Source of the DNA: Bellilinea sp.
GTDB taxonomy: Bacteria > Chloroflexota > Anaerolineae > Anaerolineales > Anaerolineaceae
DNA length: 64,000 bases
Direction of reading: 5' to 3'
Assembly: GCA_026003615.1 (NCBI GenBank)
Contig: BPHQ01000002.1
Span: 407,674 to 471,673, forward strand
In this document: piece by piece, positions 61,317-64,000 of the stretch
Position numbering within the stretch: position 1 is the first letter of the stretch
Layout: every line of letters begins with the position of its first letter
Notes under the pieces: model-generated
The model's database searches: none
Told to the model about the DNA's origin: nothing
What the model saw: the letters and a program-made list of their open reading frames with translations, nothing else
Position numbers and translations under genes: made by a program

Positions 61317-64000
61317 TACTTCACCTCCTGCAAGTCTTTGATTTGTTCCATGCGCTCCGCCAGTTTGCGAATCGCTTTGGGTCGTTCGTCTCTCATCGCC
61401 GAGTAGCCCAGGGCCGCCGCCAGCCCGATGAGGGTCAGGAACGGCCACAAGGCCCGCCGCACCACCTCCACCGCTGCCTGCACCTCGATTTTGGGCGGCT
61501 TGACCGCCACAGTCGGCTGCGGGGTCGGCAACACCACGCTCACCGCCGGGGGTGTGCGGGTCGGTTCTTCCCGTTCTTCTTCGGTTGGCGTTTGGGTCGG
61601 CGTAGCCGTGGGGGTCGGGGTGGCCGTTGGCAGGACGGCAATCACCAGCGGCTTTGTGGCAGTCGCTTCTTCCCGTTCCTCCGCCGTTGGCGTGGGTGTG
61701 GGAGCGGGAATAATCACCGTCCCGCTCGCCGTAACCGTGCGGCCTGCGATGTCCGTGACCTGCACGGTCACGGGGTACTGTCCCGGCACGGCCTGCGTGC
61801 CGTCTGCAAACTTGCCGTCCCACTGCACCGGATTGGGGATGTCCTCAATACTGTCCCCGCACCATTCCACCTTGCGGCTTTCGTCTGCCGCGTCTTGAAT
61901 CGTCAGGCAGACCTGACGGATGGGCAGATCGCCGGGGGTAATGCTGACCTGCCCGCTTTCGCTGATGACCCACTGGCGGGTTATTTCCGCCGCAGGCAGG
62001 GCGTTGCTGACCAGCACATCCACGCCGGTGGTGTAGGTATTGCCTGCTTTGTCCGTCAGGCGCAGGTACAGGCGTTTGTACCCGCCGCCGGTCTGGGTGG
62101 TGTCCCACGCATACGCCCAGCGGTCATCGGTAAAGGATATTTCCTGCCACTGATAACCCATCGAGAACGAGATTTCCAGTGATTGCAGGCCCGAAAGCGC
62201 ATCGGACGCATCACCCGCCAGTTCTACCGTCCCGGAGAGCAGTTCGGGCAGGGCATCGAAGCCGCCCTGCGGCGGGGTCAGGTCAATCCCGAACGAACGC
62301 CGGATTTCCGTCACCCACCCGGCGTTGTCCTCCACCTCGCCGCGGACAACATGCCAGCCTTCTGCCTCGATGACCGCCTGCGGCAATCTCACCTCCGCTA
62401 GGCCCGAAACGGCGTCCTCGCCGGTGATACTCACCTCCACCGCACTGCGGTACCAGTCCTCGACACCCGCCTCACCGGACAGGGTCATCACTCCCACCGG
62501 CGGGGTCTGGTCAAGGGTGAAGGTGTAGCGGCGAATGCGCTCATTCCCGGCGTTGTCTGCGGCGCGGATGTCCAGCACGATTTCACCCTCGCCGTCTATC
62601 TGCGGCGTGCCGTTCTGCCATGTGCCGTTATTCAATCGCCAGGCACTCGACTGCACGCCCGAAAGGTTGTCGTCCGTTGCATAACTCACCTCGAAGGGTG
62701 AGACATACCAGCCGTTTTTCCCGTCCGCTGCCGGAATGGACGGGCTGATGGTCGGGGCAGTCCGGTCAATGCGGACGGTCAGGCTCTCACGGGTCAGATT
62801 GCCCGCCTCGTCCTCCGCCTCGATTTCGACATCGTACACGCCCTCATCGGTCAGGTCGAGCGGTAGAGTCTGCCAAGCCCCTCCGTCCACCCGTACCCGC
62901 ACCGCTGCCAGCCCGGAGAGGGCATCGCTGGCGGCAGCGTCCAGCGTTGCGCCCACCACATACCAGCCGTTATCGCCGTCCAGCGGCGAGAGTTGCGGCG
63001 TGAGAAGCGGCGGGGTAGTGTCCACCCGCACGCTGAAAGCTTGCGTGCTTTGGTTGCCCGCCTCATCCACCGCCCGGATGAGGACGCTGTGAACACCGTC
63101 CGAGAGGGTGAGATTCGGCTGCCCATTTACCTCCACCAGCACAATTCCGCTGGTGGCATCGCTGGCCACCCCGCTCACCTCGACATCGCTAACATACCAG
63201 CCGTTGTTACCGGCTGTACCGGTCACATCCAGCCCGTTGATCGTGGGGGGTGTGGCATCCCGCCGCACGGTTGCGGTGGCCGTCTGGCTGTTCCCGGCGT
63301 TGTCCGTCACCCGCACCGTGACGGTATGCGTTCCATCTGCGGATACGGTCAGGCCGTTCGGCTGCCATGCGCCGCTGCCCAGCCGGGCTTCCCGGCTGGC
63401 CACCCCGCTGGTGGCGTCCGTACCCTGCGCCGTAACCGCCACATCCGAGACATACCAGCCGTTCTGTCCATCCACCGTCGGCAGGGAGACGCTGGCGCTT
63501 GGGGGCGTGGTGTCCACCCGCACGGTACTGCTCACCACACTCGACCAGTGACCGGCATAATCCTGCGCCCGTCCCTCGACCGTGTGAACGCCGTCCACGC
63601 CAATCACGGCACTGCTCTGCCACGCTCCGCCGTTCACCCGCACCTGTCTGACGGCCACCCCGCTGGTGGCGTCCGTCCCACCGGCAGAGACGGTGGGATT
63701 GCTGGTAAACCAGCCGTTCTGTCCGTTGGGGGCGGGGATATTCAGGCTGACCACCGGCGGAACGGTATCACGGCGCACGGTTGCATACACCAGATCCGAT
63801 TCGTTCCCGGCCACATCTACCGCTTGGGCATACACATAATTCACCCCATCGGTCGTAACGGTCAGGGATGACCCGCCCCATGCACCGTTATTCAACCGTG
63901 TTCTAACAATCCCAATCCCACTGGTGGCATCGCTTCCGCTAGCAGTCGCCGTGACGTTTGAAACATACCAGCCGTTCAGACCATCCGCCGGGGGAACACT
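61316..64000 (-). CDS. Large surface protein with tandem Ig-like repeats, Pro/Thr linker and C-terminal TM anchor (5' partial)
   Basis: Repeats of about 85 aa: G.NGWY.S..DATSG..DG.H....D.AGN..D.TPP; frame stays open to base 64000. Confidence 0.85.
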   Translation of the reverse strand, partial: SVPPADGLNGWYVSNVTATASGSDATSGIGIVRTRLNNGAWGGSSLTVTTDGVNYVYAQAVDVAGNESDLVYATVRRDTVPPVVSLNIPAPNGQNGWFTSNPTVSAGGTDATSGVAVRQVRVNGGAWQSSAVIGVDGVHTVEGRAQDYAGHWSSVVSSTVRVDTTPPSASVSLPTVDGQNGWYVSDVAVTAQGTDATSGVASREARLGSGAWQPNGLTVSADGTHTVTVRVTDNAGNSQTATATVRRDATPPTINGLDVTGTAGNNGWYVSDVEVSGVASDATSGIVLVEVNGQPNLTLSDGVHSVLIRAVDEAGNQSTQAFSVRVDTTPPLLTPQLSPLDGDNGWYVVGATLDAAASDALSGLAAVRVRVDGGAWQTLPLDLTDEGVYDVEIEAEDEAGNLTRESLTVRIDRTAPTISPSIPAADGKNGWYVSPFEVSYATDDNLSGVQSSAWRLNNGTWQNGTPQIDGEGEIVLDIRAADNAGNERIRRYTFTLDQTPPVGVMTLSGEAGVEDWYRSAVEVSITGEDAVSGLAEVRLPQAVIEAEGWHVVRGEVEDNAGWVTEIRRSFGIDLTPPQGGFDALPELLSGTVELAGDASDALSGLQSLEISFSMGYQWQEISFTDDRWAYAWDTTQTGGGYKRLYLRLTDKAGNTYTTGVDVLVSNALPAAEITRQWVISESGQVSITPGDLPIRQVCLTIQDAADESRKVEWCGDSIEDIPNPVQWDGKFADGTQAVPGQYPVTVQVTDIAGRTVTASGTVIIPAPTPTPTAEEREEATATKPLVIAVLPTATPTPTATPTQTPTEEEREEPTRTPPAVSVVLPTPQPTVAVKPPKIEVQAAVEVVRRALWPFLTLIGLAAALGYSAMRDERPKAIRKLAERMEQIKDLQEVK

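Larger units (their letters stand above)
12775..64000. mobile_element. Integrative (probably conjugative) element at tRNA-Pro(CGG); right end outside the window
   Basis: tRNA 3' fragment next to an integrase, then only accessory genes to the window end; mosaic GC content. Could be more than one element in tandem. Confidence 0.78.

Overview
Two parts. Bases 1 to about 12.6 kb are ordinary chromosomal genes: OsmC, three tandem LysM/M23 lipoproteins, HIT, polysaccharide deacetylase, myo-inositol-1-phosphate synthase, a PleD-like diguanylate cyclase and an HtrA-like protease. Protein style (Pro/Thr-rich lipoproteins, an FLPLV motif) suggests Anaerolineae (Chloroflexota); this is inference. From 12,775 to beyond the window end is a >51 kb integrative element, bounded on the left by the 3' half of tRNA-Pro(CGG) and a tyrosine integrase. 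It carries: (i) a defence-type block (Schlafen/AlbA_2, frameshifted type III R-M, TcmP + DUF5131); (ii) a minus-strand region (about 27.0 to 22.2 kb) rich in repeated structured non-coding elements, with five tRNA top-half mimics sharing a UGCAAnU T-loop, four related leader hairpins, boxA-like sites and an atypical tRNA, around Rad52/22-like, SWIM and small-protein genes; (iii) a copper cluster with a probable unannotated selenoprotein (Cys-UGA plus a SECIS-like hairpin); (iv) a second tyrosine recombinase with a res-like site; (v) an Rhs toxin followed by six orphan CT/partner cassettes, with boxA-like GCACCTTAACAA motifs at five junctions; (vi) a Flp/Tad pilin, Replic_Relax-like and Ig-repeat adhesin module. 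The best candidates for undescribed biology are the tRNA-mimic/leader array, the boxA-punctuated Rhs array and the Sec protein. All calls come from reading the sequence; no searches were run.
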